A stretch of DNA of 45,815 nt from Lachnoclostridium sp. UBA3775 (lineage in GTDB: Bacteria > Bacillota > Clostridia > Lachnospirales > Lachnospiraceae), in NCBI GenBank assembly GCA_002369525.1, contig DFFN01000042.1:1-45815 (forward strand), read 5' to 3'. The notes beneath the pieces are model-generated. The model made no database searches. It was given only the letters and a program-made list of their open reading frames with translations, and was not told the origin of the DNA. Positions 43,133 through 45,815 of the stretch are shown in pieces. The stretch's first letter is position 1. Each line of letters begins with the position of its first letter. Both the position numbers and the translations under genes were made by a program.

Positions 43133-43174
43133 ACAGCTTTTTCAATATTTTGTGATATAATCTTTAAATAGAAT

Positions 43175-43203
43175 TTTACTTTTTTACAGTTTTAAGCTAT
43201 AAT
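43175..43203 (+). promoter_or_regulatory. Possible promoter for the moxR operon: TTTACT - 17 nt - TATAAT
   Basis: -35-like at 43175-43180 and -10 at 43198-43203. An alternative extended -10, TGATATAAT, lies at 43153-43161. Confidence 0.35.
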
Positions 43204-43235
43204 ATATTTGAATATTTTTATCGGAGGTACAGTCT

Positions 43236-44165
43236 TTGAATCAGCAGATTGCCAAACTTGTAAATGAGGTCAAGAAGGTTATAAAAGGTAAAGACGATGT
43301 CATAATAAAAGTAGTTTCCGCAATGATCGCGGGAGGACATATTCTATTGGAAGACATTCCGGGTGTTGGAAAAACAACGCTCGCCGTTGCTCTTTCAAAA
43401 TCGCTTTCAATGGATTATCACCGTGTACAGTTTACACCCGATGTTCTTCCTTCCGATCTTGTAGGCTTCAGCATGTATAATAACAAAACAGGTACCTTTG
43501 AATATAAAGAGGGTTCGGTTTACTGTAACTTTCTTCTTGCCGATGAGATCAACAGAACTTCACCCAAGACCCAGGCTGCAATGCTCGAAGCCATGGCGGA
43601 GGGAAAGGTCAGCATTGACGGCCGGGATATAGAACTGCCAAAGCCCTTTATGGTCATCGCCACCCAGAATCCTGCCAGCTACACCGGCACCTATCCGCTG
43701 CCGGAGGCCCAGATGGACCGCTTTATGATGCGGCTTTCCATCGGATATCCGGACAGCAGCGAGGAGCTTCGCATGATAAGGTCACATATGGAAGGGGCCG
43801 CTTTAACTGAGTCTGATCCGGTGCTTTCGCCCGCTGATATAGAGGAGCTCAGGGAGGCTGTGGCAGCAGTACGTATCAGCGACGGCATTCTTTCCTACAT
43901 GCAGCGGATCGCAGATGCTACACGTCATGACAGTGCATTTGCACTGGGGGCAAGCCCGCGTGCTTTGATACATATGATGCAGGCAGCCAGGGCACGGGCT
44001 GTGCTATGCGGCAGGGATTACTGTCTGCCGGATGATGTAAAAAAGCCTGCGGTGAATGTGCTGGCCCACAGGCTGGTCCTTTCCACTGAGATGAAGCTTC
44101 AGAAAAAGACTGCGGCAGAGATACTGTATGCACTGATCCTGGGTATCAGTGTTCCTGTGGAGTAG
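43236..44165 (+). CDS. MoxR-family AAA+ ATPase
   Basis: Walker A DIPGVGKTT, Walker B LLADEINR, QNPASYTGTYPLPEAQMDRF sensor block. TTG start (GGAGG at 43223-43227). Confidence 0.9.
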   Translation: MNQQIAKLVNEVKKVIKGKDDVIIKVVSAMIAGGHILLEDIPGVGKTTLAVALSKSLSMDYHRVQFTPDVLPSDLVGFSMYNNKTGTFEYKEGSVYCNFLLADEINRTSPKTQAAMLEAMAEGKVSIDGRDIELPKPFMVIATQNPASYTGTYPLPEAQMDRFMMRLSIGYPDSSEELRMIRSHMEGAALTESDPVLSPADIEELREAVAAVRISDGILSYMQRIADATRHDSAFALGASPRALIHMMQAARARAVLCGRDYCLPDDVKKPAVNVLAHRLVLSTEMKLQKKTAAEILYALILGISVPVE

Positions 44166-44167
44166 CC

Positions 44168-45334
44168 ATGAACAGGGGGAGGGTTGCTTTACTACTGGGA
44201 GCTTTTGTTTTGTCTCTGGTGGGTATCACCTGCTATGGAGGCCCGGTGACCTATATCTTTTTTTGGCTGGTGCTGGCGATCCCGGTCATATCCATAGTTT
44301 ATATCCTCTTTGTCTTCACCTTTATCAGATACTATCAAAAGACTGAAGGAAGAAACATGACGGCAGGCACTCCTTCCGATTTCTACATCACCTTAAAAAA
44401 CGAAACTTTTTTTGCATTTTCATCTTTAAGGATAGTTTTTTATTCATCATTTTCAATGGTAAACGATATAGAGCCGGATGCTTTGTATGAGCTTTTGCCC
44501 CACAGCGCGATCAAAAAGAAGACCCAGCTGGTTTGCCGTTATCGGGGCGAATACAAGGTGGGTATCAAAAGCATCGCAGTGCAGGATTTTTTCGGACTGT
44601 TTACAGTGACACGGAGGATAAAAGAGCCCCTGTCAGTGATAGTGGAGCCTGCGCTGTATGAGCTTGATACGCTCTTCGGTGATGATACAAGGGAGGCTTC
44701 GAGCCATGAGAACATGATAAGGAGGGATATTCCTGCCATCCCCGTGCGCGAGTACGTCGGAGGGGATGACATACGCCTGATCAACTGGAAGTCCACCGCT
44801 GCCATGCAAAAGCTTATGGTAAGGGAGCGTACGTCCGAAGAAAAAAGCGGCATAACCATTATCATGGATCCCGGCAGATATGATGACAATATTGAAAACT
44901 ATCTTCCTGTGGAGAATAAGTCCGTGGAGCTTTTGCTGGCGCTGTCGTCCTACTATACCCGAAACTTTGTGTCCCATGAGGTGATGCTTTTATCGGATGA
45001 TCTTTTGCATATACCGGTAAGGGATATGGCGGGCTTTGAAAAGCTTCATCGCATCATGGTACGCTATTATTTCAGGGAAGAAAACAATATAGATAAGCTA
45101 TTGCAGAGGATCTGTGATGAGGGGGCGGCCGCCTCCTGCCACATGTTTATCATAATACTGCAGGGCATCACTGCAAAAACCATGGAGCTTGTTGACAGGA
45201 TAAATACAGACAGGGCAGCTGTAAAGATACTTTTGTTGGGTGACTGTCCGGCGGATATTGTTTTTTCGGATGACAGGGAGATTTCCATTATCCCTGTGGG
45301 CACAGAGGATGATCCGGGGGAGGTTTTGGCATGA
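44168..45334 (+). CDS. DUF58-family protein (vWA-like partner of MoxR)
   Basis: Two N-terminal TM segments and the DUF58 signature REYVGGDDIRLINWKSTA. Starts 2 nt after moxR. Confidence 0.8.
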   Translation: MNRGRVALLLGAFVLSLVGITCYGGPVTYIFFWLVLAIPVISIVYILFVFTFIRYYQKTEGRNMTAGTPSDFYITLKNETFFAFSSLRIVFYSSFSMVNDIEPDALYELLPHSAIKKKTQLVCRYRGEYKVGIKSIAVQDFFGLFTVTRRIKEPLSVIVEPALYELDTLFGDDTREASSHENMIRRDIPAIPVREYVGGDDIRLINWKSTAAMQKLMVRERTSEEKSGITIIMDPGRYDDNIENYLPVENKSVELLLALSSYYTRNFVSHEVMLLSDDLLHIPVRDMAGFEKLHRIMVRYYFREENNIDKLLQRICDEGAAASCHMFIIILQGITAKTMELVDRINTDRAAVKILLLGDCPADIVFSDDREISIIPVGTEDDPGEVLA

Positions 45335-45815
45335 TGGCATTTTTATATGACATTTTATTTACTCTTCCTCTGTCGGCGGTTACGGCTTTCTGGATCAGTT
45401 TGCTTATTAATACGGGCTTTGATAAGAATGCTATGGTCCTGTCGCTGGCGACGTCAGGCTTTTCGCTTTTTTGCATCCTGATAAGACACCTGAAGCCCAC
45501 TCAAAGACTCATGCTTTCGGGAGCGGCCGGTGCAGTGTTTTTGGCGGTGATCCTCACAAGACCTTCCGGTGAGAGACTGGAGTTTTTGAGTAAAAACACA
45601 TGGATATTTGCTGCAGTCCTGTTGGGAGTATTATGCTTTTTTCTCTCACTTTTGACTGAGTATTATAAAAAGCTTCGCATTGGCTTTGCATCAGCCGGAT
45701 GTGCGGCTCTTGTGGCGGCACTGGTAATGGGTGTGGATGTAGGCGCCATCTTCGTTTGCTTGACATTTTTATACACTCTGCTTACCATTGTAGATGTAAG
45801 CGAAAGCTTTAGGAT
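45331..45815 (+). CDS. Polytopic membrane protein, N-terminal part (3' end beyond the window); probably the transglutaminase-like third gene of MoxR-DUF58 operons
   Basis: The frame from the ATG at 45331 (ATGA overlap with the DUF58 stop) stays open to nt 45815 by my own translation (MMAFLYDILFTLPLSAVTAFWISLL...). Absent from the ORF track because there is no stop. Identity inferred from context only. Confidence 0.45.
   Translation, partial: MMAFLYDILFTLPLSAVTAFWISLLINTGFDKNAMVLSLATSGFSLFCILIRHLKPTQRLMLSGAAGAVFLAVILTRPSGERLEFLSKNTWIFAAVLLGVLCFFLSLLTEYYKKLRIGFASAGCAALVAALVMGVDVGAIFVCLTFLYTLLTIVDVSESFR

Noticed and set aside
1-45815. Search for tRNA/rRNA genes, CRISPR arrays, IS elements, integrases or transposases, toxin-antitoxin pairs and recognisable defence systems.
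   Set aside because: No intergenic region longer than 100 nt has tRNA-like or repeat-spacer structure, and no ORF shows DDE, tyrosine- or serine-recombinase, Cas or typical TA motifs. A by-eye scan cannot exclude very small or novel elements.

Overview
This is a 45.8-kb chromosomal segment from a low-GC (roughly 40% by eye) Firmicute. Gene content and order look like Clostridia, possibly Lachnospiraceae; that attribution is inference only. Most of the window is tightly packed housekeeping DNA, largely on the + strand, with many stop/start overlaps (TGATG, TAATG, ATGA).

Gene order:
- Cell shape and division: mreC' - mreD - PBP2 - rodA - DD-carboxypeptidase; a small P-loop protein; an HlyD-like membrane protein; yggS - sepF - divIVA - lspA - rluD.
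- Accessory pair: an AAA/DUF4143-like ATPase, then an orphan BlaI/CopY-type repressor.
- Metabolism and segregation: rny; aspartate aminotransferase - Nudix - pdp - metallophosphoesterase - scpA - scpB.
- Ribosome biogenesis: radical-SAM (TIGR03960-like) - DUF2344 - RNase G - rplU - prp - rpmA - obg - yhbY - nadD::yqeK fusion - rsfS. An ABC/GldG-like/DUF4340 transporter follows with no terminator.
- Window end: lexA (-), then MoxR - DUF58 - a membrane protein that runs off the window.

The accessory part is 20.4-29.9 kb. Two diverged paralogous zinc-ribbon proteins on the - strand (806 and 314 aa) bracket a + strand operon. That operon encodes a Pro/Thr-rich, Cys-rich membrane protein and a 1563-aa wall-anchored adhesin with three Thr-Gln-ester (VaFE-type) repeats.

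The most unusual signal is a ~55-nt GC-rich hairpin plus an invariant 17-mer (ATGGTACGATAAATGAA) present twice. One copy abuts the start codon of the adhesin operon, the other the start codon of the radical-SAM operon. Each lies divergent from one of the zinc-ribbon paralogs, and neither downstream gene has a Shine-Dalgarno. I cannot place the element in any riboswitch or leader class I know.

Other points:
- A sharp intragenic GC jump inside moxR.
- Candidate operators for BlaI, LexA and the aminotransferase.
- A nadD-yqeK fusion.
- A ~240-aa insertion in PBP2.

I recognised no tRNA, rRNA, CRISPR array, transposase or integrase. All family assignments rest on motifs read by eye and need HMM or BLAST confirmation.
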